The position numbers and the translations under genes were made by a program. The notes under the pieces are model-generated. The model saw only the letters and a list, made by a program, of their open reading frames with translations, was not told the DNA's origin and did no database searches. Source: Camelus ferus (taxonomy: Eukaryota). Taken from it: DNA of 64,000 nucleotides. The stretch spans positions 34,100,001 to 34,164,000 of the forward strand of contig NC_045704.1 of NCBI RefSeq assembly GCF_009834535.1, in the 5' to 3' direction. This document shows, in pieces, positions 11,655 through 22,935 of the stretch. The first letter of the stretch is position 1. Each line of letters starts with the position of its first letter.

Positions 11655-11760
11655 TAGGTATCATGATTCCCATTTTTACAGCTAAGGAAACAGAGGTGTA
11701 TGGAGGGAGGAGTTGGGGCTTGCCCGAGCTCACTGGACCAGAAGCATCTGGCATAGACTG
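11655..11760 (-). mobile_element. MIR fragment
   Basis: attcccatttttacagctaaggaaacagagg...ttgcccgagctcac. Confidence 0.65.
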
Positions 11761-12014
11761 TGGTGAGGAGGAAGCCAGTTTCCCACAGACACCCAGAGCT
11801 TGCCCACCTCTGCTCAGTTCCCCCACGTGGCTCTTGTCACAGCCCAGGATGGGAATTACTTTGGGTTTTGAAGCTGGTATCTTGGAACCACTGAAACTGC
11901 TGAGTCAAGAAAATAATTATCTTAAAAATGTAGATTATCTTACTTGGAAATGCATTTTGCTGTGGTTCTCCCCAGATCCCCAGACAGGAAGGTAAATACG
12001 GGTAGGTCTGGGAA

Positions 12015-12390
12015 CAATGGTTAGGAATGCTTGAGGCTACAAGTAGCAGGATAAAATGTAGGACCCAACCAACAGGCTGAAGCAATGCAACCATTTAATC
12101 ATATTGCATACCGAGAGGTCTGGGGAAGGGCACTTCCAGTTTGGGCAAGGAGTCCAACCATAGGATGGAGGACCCAGGCTCTTTTTACATTCCCTTATGC
12201 TATTCTCAGTGTGCTGGCCTTTCATTCTTAGACTCATAAAATGGTCACAAGATGGCAGATTAAAGGTGGGAAGGAAAGGGGCTGAGCAGGAAGAGCTTTC
12301 CAGGAAGCTGGTGGCACATGACCCCTTCTGTGCCGTTGGGCAGATCTAAGTCATGTGACCACCTCTAGCTGCAAGGTGTGCTGGGAGCAC
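12015..12390 (-). mobile_element. MLT1K/L-like LTR
   Basis: gttaggaatgcttgaggctacaagtagcag...ctaagtcatgtgaccacctctagctgcaaggtgtgctggga. Confidence 0.75.
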
Positions 12391-14409
12391 AACTCTCTAG
12401 CAGCTGGCCTGCCATGGTTGGCAGAGTGCTGGGCCCATGGCCACCCTGAACAAAATCAGATCTCTCAGCTAGCAAGAGAGGGCAGGATGCATGGTGTGGA
12501 GAAGACATCCTACAGTGTCTGCCATGGTATCCAGCCATTACTGTGTGTCAGGAATTGGAACAAAGGGTTTGCATGGATTCTCTGAAGCCTCAAGCTTCTT
12601 CAAGATGACAAAGGAGCTGAGGCTCAGAGAAGCCCCAGAGAGGGGACTCTGGTTTGGACTCAGATCTGTTTGACTCCAAGGTCCCTGCTCCTAAGCTCTG
12701 GGACATAGTTATGTGGCCACCGCAGCCCCTGGTGGGGGTGAAGGAGGCTCTCCCCAATCCCTAGACACCTGCAGACAGAGAGCCCCATGCCCCATCTGTA
12801 CCAGGCACCCCAGGCCTCCAGGCTGGAGCCTGACTCCTGGTTCCCTCTTCTGAAGGCTGCATTCATCACCCCATCATCTCCTGACTGCCTGGAGGAGAGC
12901 ACTTTTCTCTCAATATCTGGCGGTGAGCCCCTTGTGAGCAAAACGTAGATCTGAGACTCATTTTGAAGAAGTCAGTTTCATTATAGTAAGGAAAGCTCCT
13001 ACCTAAAAAGATGAATGAAAGGCATGGTAGATTTTTAAAAATAAGAACGTGATCAACTCTTTGTTGAGATGTTTGTGTGTGCGAGTTCTCTGAGGTCAGT
13101 GCATATAAGCCATCTCACCCTGGGGAAGGCATTGATAATAAGGTGACTGCAGGGTCAGGCTGGGTACCTGGCTGCATCCCTCAGCCTGGAAATGCATGAG
13201 ATTCCTACTAATGTGCAAGCTTTATTCATATGGATCCATCTCCACCTCACAAATAAATGGAGACCAGCCAAAGAACTGTCTGGAAGCCGTTGCAGACACA
13301 GAAGCTGCTGTCGGGGGTGGGGAGGGTGAAGGGGAAGGAAACACTTCCAATCTTGGCCTCTCTCAGAAGATATTTAACTGAGGTCCCTACCTGGCTGTTA
13401 TTTAAACAAACACAAAAGCTGTTGGTAAGCAATCCAGGGAGGATGCTGGAAACTGGCAGCCAACTGGGGCACTCAGCTGGGAGGGAGCTGCTCTGTGTTT
13501 GCGTCAAATCCATTTGCATCAGAATCCTGCAGGGCTGAAAGGCCCAAATGCAGAGTGAGTATGCACAGCTGTCTGCCAGGGTGAAGGCCTGGGAAGGAGC
13601 TGGGGGCTCCCTCCCCCCACCATGTGTAGTGGGGGCGCATCCTCTGAACGCCAGCTTCTCCTGTGTGCATTTATTAAAGGACCAGCTTGGTGGCCCCATG
13701 GCCAGAGAGTGACAGCACTACTTATGCACCGGGAAGAGGCTTATCCAGGCGTGCACCCATCTGATTGACAATGATGAGCCGGTTAGGAGTCCTCTGGCTG
13801 AGTGCGGACTGAGTTTACAGAGCCTCCCAGCCGCCACTCTGCTGATGGTCCCTGTCATTGTTCACATTCTCGGGCTGGCTTTCTCTTGAAACTTGCCTAT
13901 GGAGATCAGTATGGTGGGGTGGAAAGGACAGAGGCTTATCCTTGGCTCAGAAAGCCCTGGCATGGGCTCCTTGTGTCACTGTGGGTAAATGACTGTCTTG
14001 ATGAGCTAGAGTTTCCTCTTTGGGAAAATGGGAATAATTTTTCTCAGCATTGTTCGGAGCAGGAAAGGAAATCACGGTTCCTCTAGGGGGACAGTTCTCT
14101 TCCCTTTGCTCTCCAGTGTGTTAGATTCCAATTTTATCATGTGCTTGCCGGAAGGCCACGTTGCTGGAAGAGAAACCCAGGGATCACTCACACAGTGTCT
14201 ACAACCAGTGGGGTGAATACCAAGGGTCCAGGCCAGGCACGGAGAGGCACTGGGTGACACTGTGATGTAGAATTCCAGAGAGTGAACTGTTGTCTTTCAA
14301 CCCTCTTTCAATCATAATTAAGTGAAAAGGAGTGTCTCAATTTGGTGCTAATATGCCCTTAACACTTTCCCAACTCTTTTTAAATCTCCTTTTAAACAAA
14401 GACAGATTA

Positions 14410-14750
14410 CTTCATTTAGAATGACCATCTCTAGGTCCATCCATGTTGCTGCAAATGGCATCTTTATTCTTTTTAATGGCTGAGTAGTATTCCATTGTAT
14501 AAGTGTACCACAACTTCTTTATCCAGTCAGTTTGAGATTTACAAATGTTAGCCACTATATATAAAAATAGATTTAAAAAAATTCTTCTGTAAAGCACAGG
14601 AAATTATGTTCAATACCTTGTAATAACCTTTAATGAAAAAAATATGAAAACAAATACATGTATGCATATGCATGACTGGGACATTGTGCTGTACACCAGA
14701 AACTGACACATTGTAACTGACTGTACTTCAATTAAAAAAAAACCGCCAAA
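14410..14750. mobile_element. 5'-inverted, 5'-truncated young L1 with perfect 16-bp TSD
   Basis: 14410-14529 is antisense L1 ORF2 end (translates DWIKKLWYTYTMEYYSAIKKNK); 14530-14742 is sense L1 3'UTR plus A tail; TSD aaacaaagacagatta at 14394-14409 and 14751-14766. Confidence 0.92.
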
Positions 14751-14766
14751 AAACAAAGACAGATTA

Positions 14767-15030
14767 TAGAGACAGAAAATAGAATGGTGGTTGCCAGGGG
14801 CTGGGAGGAGGAGGGAATGGGGATTACTGTTTAATGGATACAGAGTTTCGGTTTGGAGGGATGAAAGAAATTCTAGAGGTGAATGGTGGTAATGGGTGCC
14901 CAATAAGGAGAGCACACTTAATGCCCCTGCACTAACTGGACACATAAAAGTGGTTAAAATGGTAAAATTTTTGTTCTGTGTATTTGACCACAATAAACAC
15001 CAAACAAAACAAAACAAAACAAAACAAAAC
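14767..15030 (+). mobile_element. L1MB-like 3' end with (CAAAA)n tail
   Basis: gacagaaaatagaatggtggttgccaggggctgggagg...gtggttaaaatggtaaaatttttgttctgtgtatttgaccacaataaa. Confidence 0.88.
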
Positions 15031-15679
15031 CCAACAAAGACAGAGCAGGCTTCGGGCACAGAGGTTGTAGTAGGTAGCAGCATCTAAGCCGACATTCACA
15101 GCATTAGTTTAAAATGTCAGATTTACTCTTAAGTTTGCCTTTTATTGAGGACAAAGAATACTGGCTTTCCATTTCCAAATATCCATGTGATACAAAGTTT
15201 CCTTTTGAAATACATTTAACTAAGCCATAAGAAACAGTAGGTAAAGTAACAGTCCATGGACAGGGCAAAACGGTGAATCTGGAGCAGGAATGCCTGATGC
15301 TGGGGCATCGGTACCTGAGTCTGGTTTCCAGGTGGGCACCTGCAGCCTGGAAGGCCAGCGCGGGGGCCCAAGACCCACAGTACAGCAGAGGCTGTGCACC
15401 CCTCCTGCCCACCTCCTGCCTCCCCCAACTCTTTGCCTTGGACTGCCTTCACTTTCCACTGCCCCAGCCAGAAATTCTTCGTCATGACTGTTGAGATGGT
15501 TGAGTAAACTGTCCTGCCCAGACTGGGGCATAGGGAGTGGTTGTCCTGAGGTTACCCCATGGCTGCTCTGGACTTTGGGGGCAGATCCCAAACATCCTGG
15601 TAGCAAAATAACAGGCCTCTTGGGTGACAAATGGGCAATGGCTTCCAAAGTTCTTATTGTGACTAACGACTAACAGGGA

Positions 15680-15840
15680 CAGGGTTCTGAAACCTGGCTG
15701 CACTTGAGAATCATCCAGGCTCCACTCCCCCCCACCACCCCAGCTACTTAAATCAGAATCTCCGGAGGGCAAAGCCTGCATATTCCAATTTTTCCAAGCT
15801 TTCCAGGTCATTCTCATGTGTGATAGACTACGAACTACAG
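15680..15840. mobile_element. MER5-like hAT-Charlie non-autonomous DNA transposon
   Basis: gttctgaaacctggctgcacttgagaatcatcc...aaatcagaatctccggagg...ttccaggtcattctcatg. Confidence 0.7.
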
Positions 15841-15859
15841 ATTAGAACTGAAGTGCCAT

Positions 15860-16120
15860 TGCCTATAAATGCTTTATACCCTCTGCCTGGAATGGCCTTT
15901 TCTTCCTCTTAACAAATTCCAAAATGTGGACATGTTTCCACCTCCAGGAAGACATCCATGATTTTTTCCAAGCTGAGCTATCCTGATGGTCACACTTAAC
16001 ACACTGTCTTATAACTATTTGAATTTGGGACAAAATTTCTACTACAGCTGAGGAGCTATCTGAAGGCAGGGGGGCTATGCCTTATTCACTGTTGAATCTC
16101 ATGGTCCGGAATATAAGTGT
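15860..16120 (+). mobile_element. L2 fragment
   Basis: ccctctgcctggaatggcc...ctcccaggaag-like core...tgaggagctatctgaaggcaggggg...cttattcactgttgaatc. Confidence 0.65.
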
Positions 16121-16479
16121 TCAACTTATGTCTGGTGAGGAGTAAATGGATTGGCTTGAGGCACTCAGCAGGAGCCCAGTGGACACATAAGCCCCAAGAA
16201 ACATATTCACTTGGGCAGCTACACAGGCTCCCTTTGAGGTCACTGCGGGGTTCTGGGGCCTGCCCTGCTTTGGGCCGTGGTGGCTACGGTCCAGACATAC
16301 TTTCTATGACCACTGCATATCTAGGTACCTCAGATGGCCTCACCTGCAATCTCTCTCTCCCAACGCAGCAACTTGTTCGGCCACAACAGGCCTTCTCTCT
16401 CTTGCTCTAAAGTCTCAGGTGTTTTCTAATGTCAGAATCTTCATGCAAGCTGATCTCTCGGCCTAAAATGCTCTTCAGT

Positions 16480-16790
16480 CCAACCTTGCCTGGCTTCCTA
16501 CTAAATGTCACTTCCTCAGCAGAGGGACCTTCCTTGATGCCCTCTCCCTCAACCACCTAAAGCATGCGTCTCATTTTCCATTTTTAATTACATCATGTTC
16601 TTCATTTATTCATAGCACAGGCCTTGGCTTTTAATTATATATTTATCTCACTGGTATGATTCTCTGATTAATAACAGCCTCCCCAGATAGCCTAGATGGG
16701 GGCCCAGTCTGTTTGGTGGTTTCTAACAACTCTCAGCACAGTGACGGGCATACAGCAAGTGCTTAATAAGTATTGATTACATGAAGATTT
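16480..16790 (+). mobile_element. L2 3' end
   Basis: aaatgtcacttcctcagcagaggg...cagcacagtgacgggcatacagcaagtgcttaataagtattga. Confidence 0.75.
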
Positions 16791-18442
16791 AGGTATTGTG
16801 TTATCCTTGTAGGCAGCTTTGCCTCGGAAAACAAAACAGCTTGGGAGCCAGAATAACTCCCATGAGGAACCACTGACTTTTATTTTTAGTCCTAGCCTCC
16901 TCCTGCAACCTGTCTCAGTGTCATTTCACATTTAGGATGCAATGAACTGAGTCTCCAATTTCACATCCAGGTAGTACTCCGGGGCTGGGGGGACAGTGTT
17001 GAGTCAAGGCTGGTCGGGGAGCTGGATATTAACCGAAGATGCCCATATGAGGACCAAGAAGGTGGCTATGACCGCTGCCTCCACATCATCCAAAGAGCAG
17101 GCACTGACCTGCACCATGCCCAGTGGTACTTGGATTCTTGAAGGTGTCCTGGGCCCACTGTGTACAGGGCAAGGCTGGGGACACACATATCAACCATACT
17201 GGCTGTAGTCTCTGAATGCTTCGATTTTCCTTAAGCAAATGCTTCCTTGGCCACAAATATAAAGAATGGGCAGCTCAGGTGCCTGTGGTGTGAGAGACCA
17301 AAGCCCTGGAGAAGCCACCGGTGTCTTCAGATGACACTAGCCTTCTTTCCTTTACCCCCGTCTGAGGCAGAGCTGGGCTTTTTTTTCTGGTCAAAATGTG
17401 AACCAGGGGAAGACCCAGATTCCTGTTCCCTGAACCCAGAAGCGGAGAAGGACTTGGAATAGAAAGGGAGTAAATGATGAGGCACCCCGTGTCCTTGCCT
17501 ATGCATGGATTTTTTGGGGAGCTCTTTTCCCCTCGGATTTGCAGCCTCTGGAAGCAGTTGGTGGCTCCACTGATGCTCAGCTCGTGGGGACCAAATAAAT
17601 AAAGGCTTGACGGGCCAGCACTGGCCAGAATCTCCTGTCACACCTCAGTTCAACTGAAATACAACTTCCCTTCAGCTTCATCAAGCTTCCAGGTCTTATT
17701 TTTCATGTCTGGGTGGTTCTACAGTGTGGCTGCTCTGTTTGGTACCAGTGGTCAGGGCCCCTGACTGTGGTGGGGAAGTAGGGGGCTGGGTGTCTCACCT
17801 GGCTGACGGTAGGATGCTGGGGAACCCTTGGGAGACCAGGACGGCCTCTCTCCCCACTAAGGAGGAGGTTGAAATAAGCATCAAAATAGTATCTCCCAAT
17901 GGTGATATCAACAGATCTCTGGGATGTTGTTAAGTTTTGAAAGATATAACTTGACATTTATTTGTGAAACAGACTTGGTGGGCAAAGGACACCAGATTTT
18001 GGTCAGAAGGAGGTTCAACCCAGGAGAGGCTGGTGGTGGAGGGGAGGCAGCAGTTTGTTCTAGTTCTGCCAAATCAGTTCCATATTCGAACATAACGTTG
18101 CTGCCACCCCTTCTCTCCCTCTCCCCAGTTAGTTACCCCAGACACAACGGGGCTATTTCTATTTCAACTCGGTCTAATGAAGGATCATGTTGGGATGTTT
18201 TTTTCTGCAGCTAAGTTTTGTCTCTAATTTTAACATTTGGATCGTGTTCCGGTCATATTGGAAAGATCTGTCTGCTCATCTGCAGAAAGAACATACTATT
18301 CCCATTGAAATCTAAGTAACAGGACCCGGCCCTTTCCGAGAATCCTCCCCCTCCTCCTCACTCCCTGCCACATGTCACCTCTAAAGGTTGCCAGAGTAGG
18401 AGAGACCTGAAATGGCCTCTTTTCTCACATAACTGGTCCATT

Positions 18443-18760
18443 TATACCAGTCAGGAGAGGCTGGGTTATAACGTAGTAACAAGTAGCCCCCAGTGTCACC
18501 TGTCACTGGCTTCAAGCAATGTTAGTACTCACTCATACTTCACGTCCAACATGGCTTCGTGTGGAAGCTGGGGGTGGGGAGGAGGGCGGACACTGCTCCA
18601 CGGGGTCTGTCACTCAGGGACTTGGGCTAGGGGAGGGGCTCAACTTATGCCATTGGCATCTCCACAGGAAGCTTCCAGGGTTCTGCATGCCAGGGGAAGA
18701 GATGGCTGGAGAGTTGAGCTGACTCACATCTCACTGGCCATGACTAGTCCTAGAGGCAGG
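18443..18760 (-). mobile_element. MLT1H/J-like LTR
   Basis: tataccagtcaggagaggctgggttataacgtagtaacaa...cacatctcactggccatgactagtc. Confidence 0.7.
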
Positions 18761-18984
18761 GAATTATAATCCTTCCCGTGTCCAGAAGAAGGAGAGAAGT
18801 AGGTCCTGGTGGCAATAGTAATGTCTGTGCCCCACTGAAACCCCTGGGCTTTTGGTCCTTTCTGTATGGCTCTTCTCAAAGCCCAGGCGCTTTCTTCCTG
18901 CTTGGGACCCCCTCCCATCCCCACCCTCGTGGGCTTCTAAGAGGATCCCTTTTTGAAGAATTCATCTTGGATTCTCTCCAGACA

Positions 18985-19285
18985 TAGTGTGGTGCAGTGC
19001 TTAAGAGCATAGATTCTAATTTATCCCTTCCCACCCCCTTTCCCCGCTGGTAACTGACTATACTTCAATTAAAAAAAAAAAAAAAAAAAGAGCACAGATT
19101 CCAGAGCCAGACTTCCTGGGTTTACCTCTGGGCCTGAAGAAATGTTCAAACATTTTTGACCCTCAGTTTCTCATTTGTAAAATAGAGACAATGACAGGAC
19201 CCACTTTCCAGGCTTATGGTCAGGATTAAATTGTCCAGATATGTAATGTGCTTCGGAAAGTTGCCTGGCACGCAGCAGGCTCTCT
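18985..19285 (+). mobile_element. MIR interrupted by a mini-L1 insertion
   Basis: gtggtgcagtgcttaagagc...ccagagccagacttcctggg...ctcagtttctcatttgtaaaatagagac...caggattaaa. Confidence 0.85.
19017..19087. mobile_element. Minimal (about 70 nt) 5'-inverted L1 insertion with 14-bp TSD
   Basis: 19017-19054 is antisense L1 3'UTR (reverse complement gttaccagcggggaaagggggtgggaagggataaatta); 19050-19070 is the sense L1 terminus gtaactgactatacttcaatt plus poly(A); TSD aagagcatagattc (19003-19016) / aagagcacagattc (19088-19101). Confidence 0.85.
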
Positions 19286-19719
19286 GTAAGAGTTGTTTTG
19301 ATTAAGTCCCATGGCACTGAACGCCTATGATGAATCAGGCTGCAAGGTGCACTGGAAAATCAGTCCCAGGCCAGCCTGGCGCTTGGCTGGGGGTGTTGGG
19401 GTCAGCAAGGCGTTGCCATTTCAGCCAGGCGGCTGCTCCTTGCAATTCCTCACTATTTGCCAACTTCCTTGCACTTTACGGAATGAAAATCCATAACTGT
19501 GACAAAGAGGCTTCCCCACCCTCGTATGCCTTCTGGAGTGAGGCCCAAGTGGGGCCTGGGCCCAAAGCCAAAGGCAGAGCAGAAAGGACCTTTGCCTCAG
19601 AGTTTCTAGCACCTCTGAAATGCACCTCCCTGTCCCTGCCTCAAGAGCAGACTGGCTTCCAGAGCCTGGAAAGCAAGGGTGGGCTTTGCATCCTTCCTCT
19701 GCTGCTAGCCGGTGACTCT

Positions 19720-19875
19720 GGCCAGGCCAAGCCTCAGTTTCCTAATCTGTAAAATAGGGGTTATAACATCTACCACTCAGGGTGGTTACAATAGCTCTCA
19801 TGAGGATCCAAAGATGTAATGTAAGCAACATGCTTAGAATCAGGCCTGGCATAGAGCTAGTGCTCAATACAGCTC
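19720..19875 (+). mobile_element. MIR
   Basis: gcctcagtttcctaatctgtaaaatagggg...atgcttagaatcaggcctggcatagagctagtgctcaata. Confidence 0.85.
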
Positions 19876-20204
19876 TGATTTCTCTTGTGATCACTGATGA
19901 CAAGTGTGGAGAACTGGGGGAAGAGGAGGCCAGAGAATTAAACAGGGGCTGGTTCATCCCTGGAATCATGTGGGGAGTTCTAACTATCCCAAGGACCAAA
20001 GGGGCAGCACTGGAGGGTTTGAATCAAGGTGTGACCTCACTGGGTCTCCACTTCGGGAAGATTTCTCTGGCTTCATTCTAGAGGGTAGATTAATGGGAGT
20101 AGGATAGGGGCAGAAAACCATCCGTGGCCTGGATGAGGGTGATATCAGTGGAGGATAGGAAAAATGAATTCATAATGTACTCAGCACAGAGCAGACTCCT
20201 AAGA

Positions 20205-20381
20205 ACAATATAATGCTTACATAGCATTCACTAGGTACCCGGGGCTGTTCTAAGCATTTTACACTATTTATTTAATCATCACAACAATCCTATGAGGTAG
20301 GTTCTTCTATCATCAGCACCATTTTTAGATGGGATAACTGTGGCGCCAAGAGGTGAAATAACTTACCTAAGTTCACACAGT
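20205..20381 (-). mobile_element. MIR, first part (continues at 21024-21075 after the LTR)
   Basis: aatcatcacaacaatcctatgaggtagg...gtgaaataacttacctaagttcacacag, resuming as cagctacatag...ggatttggaaccagg. Confidence 0.85.
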
Positions 20382-21023
20382 TGTTACTGAACCAAACTTG
20401 GGTCCGCTTGCCCGCGTGCGGTAAAGCCGGCCGGGTCGCGGGGAAGGAAAGTGCGGCGTTTATTGCTGAGAGCCAAGCAAGGAGTCCAGGGAGCTACTGC
20501 GTGAGAGGCCCGAGCTCCCCGAAGGCTTTCAGGGGAAGGTTTGTAAAGACAGGGCGAGGGAGGAGGGTGGTGGGGGCGTGACCTGCTCGCGGACAGTCTT
20601 CTGATTGGTTGGTGGTGAGGTAATCGGAAGTCAACATCATCAACCTTCTGGTTCTAGCGGGACTGGGGTCTCCGTGCTCGTGGTCAGCATACAGTTAACT
20701 CCTCCCACCTGGTGGGGGTCTCAGTGTCTGCAAAACAGCTCGAAGGATCTGGCTGAGAATATTACCCATAGTCCTTGAGGAGGAACTAAATGTCCTTGAT
20801 TTTGTTTGACGGCTCAGCTGTTACTATTTGGTCTTGCTTGACTGTTTTCGTTTCTTTCTGCATTTTCTCACATCTCTGATTAAATGTACTCTTTGGAATT
20901 CGGGAAAGCCGAGGAGCCTGAATTTTTTCTACAGGTGAAAGGAAGGCAGAGGACATGGATGGCAAGGGCTGGGGGTGCGGGGGTCTGTCCTTGGAAGGCC
21001 CCGTAGGGTCCTGCTCGGGTGCA
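20382..21023 (-). mobile_element. Solo ERV LTR (cetartiodactyl ERV1-like), 642 bp
   Basis: TG...CA termini (tgttactgaacc...ctgctcgggtgca); 4-bp TSD cagt/cagc; on the minus strand AATAAA (20459-20464), CCAAT (20604-20608) and a GC box; CpG-rich. Confidence 0.8.
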
Positions 21024-21137
21024 CAGCTACATAGGGGGTTGGAGACAGGATTTGGAACCAGGAGGTGTGGGTCTAATGTCATCATCTTAAAACTGGGCAT
21101 CGATTTGGTGATTGATGGATACGTGGGAGTGTATGTT

Positions 21138-21560
21138 ATCTAGGACCACAATGATGCAGCATAACCACCACCAGAAACCCAGCGGCATAGACCAAGAAAC
21201 GTTCTTGCGTGTGTGCTCACGGGCCTCTGGGCTGGCGGGGTGGGTCTGCTGTTCTGAGCTCAGTGTGGGGCTCGCTCGCTGACTGGTCTGTGTTTAGCTG
21301 TGGGCCTGCAGGTGGCTTAGCTTGGATGAGTTCTCTCACACGTCTGAGGTGTCAGGTGGACTCGGCACTGCTCCCTGTGTCTCATCCTCCCAGAGGCTAG
21401 CCCGAGCGTGTTCTCGAGGAAGAGCGCAGATGCCAGGAGTGACTGGAAGCATGGAAAGAATGGAACCCTGTCACTTAGCCACGTGCTACTGGTCAAATCC
21501 AGTCCCAAGGCAGTCCCAATGCAAGCAAGTGCTGGGGAAATGGACGCCACCTCTTGATGG
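21138..21560 (-). mobile_element. MLT1F/G-like LTR
   Basis: tgtatgttatctaggaccacaatgatgcagcataaccacc...ctactggtcaaatccagtcccaaggc...ggaaatggacgccacctcttgatgg. Confidence 0.75.
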
Positions 21561-22739
21561 ACCAAGAGCATGGGAACAGGGAAAGTGAGACATTTGGGCC
21601 ATTTTGCCAAGAATTTTTGCTCAGGCAGCTAAGTGAATATTACAAGTCGCTGAGAGGAGCAGAAATAAGGGCACTTTATGGGACAAGATGAGGAAGACGA
21701 GACTCAGTGAGACCAGATGTCTTGCCCACGTTTGCACCAGCTAATGTAACCAGGGTCCAGACTGCAGCTGGTCAGAACTGAAAATTACCCCAGCGACCAG
21801 ACAGGTGTGACTGTGCAGATCCTGACGGCTTTGCTGTGGGTAAGGGCTTGGAAATGACATATATTTACAATTTCGTGTTCAGAATCCAGGTTTTCCAGCA
21901 CCTCTGTTCTGGGACGCCCGGGTTTCCTTTTGTAGACTAAGAGCCTTACCTGGCTGATGTTGTCCCCCAAGGCGCTTCCCTCTTCACTGGGTAGGAATTG
22001 CACAGCCTGTTTTCACCTCCAGGGATTACTCTGGTATTGTTTCTCCGCGTGCTGGCCTGGGGGGACCGGCCAGAGCAATGCCTTTCTCTAGGTTTCTCTA
22101 GGACTCCAGGCTGCCACCTCCCAGGCCACCTACCCTGCCTGCAGGGCTGGGCTGGGCTGAAGTTGTGCCCGACCCCTTCCAGCATAAAGGCTGAAAGCCA
22201 CTCCACCTCAGGCCACTGAAGGGCTTGAATGGGTGTGTCTACTTGGAGGCCAACCGTGAGCCTGGCTTTCCTTAAAGCTCCAGCACCTGAGTCCGCACGG
22301 CCCATTCCTGACACGCAGAATCCTTCCAGCCCTCATAAGTCCTTCCTGACTTGTGGGACACATCTCGCCTTTTTGAGCAGAGCTGACCGACCTACAGAAC
22401 TCACTTCCTCTACGTTTCCATGTTCTCTGACTCAGCAGCCTTTAGTAGCCAAACTGGATCCAAACCCAAGCTGCTGTCAGGGGAGGCTCAGAGAGTGTGT
22501 GTTTCCACGGAGCTACGGTTTCTCCTAGGCGATGTCCTTGGCCCAGGCTTGGGGAGACCCCAGACAGTGGTGGGCTCAGAATGGCCCACCTCCACCGGAA
22601 ATGATCAGGAAGGGTCTTAGTTCTCTCTGATATATGTAGCCAATACTCAGTGAGCGCTTACTATCTATAAAGCATTATGTCGATATTTTTGCTTCCCCTA
22701 ACTCCTCTTTCCTTCCTTCCTCCTTTGTAGAGAGAGGCT

Positions 22740-22935
22740 GTGCACTTAACAATGAGGGACTTTGGAGTCAGCCAGGCCAAAATTTGGGGCAAATGACTGT
22801 TTAAGCTCCTTTGAGCCTCGACTTTCCCTTCTGTAAAATGGGGCTAATATATACATACCCCTTGTAGGGTCATGGCGGGGATTAGAGGTGACGTATGTAA
22901 AGGGTCAGGTACACAGTAGGCTCTCAGTAGGTAGT
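22740..22935 (+). mobile_element. MIR
   Basis: ggactttggagtcagcc...ctcctttgagcctcgactttcccttctgtaaaatggggctaata...gtacacagtaggctctcagta. Confidence 0.8.

Noticed and set aside
11155-11826. 223-aa minus-strand ORF
   Set aside because: It lies across an L2, a (TG)n run and a MIR; the peptide is typical repeat-derived read-through.
14412-14597. ORF with WIKKLWYTYTMEYYSAIKK as a host gene
   Set aside because: It is the L1 ORF2p C-terminus within the inverted L1 fragment, and it is frameshifted.
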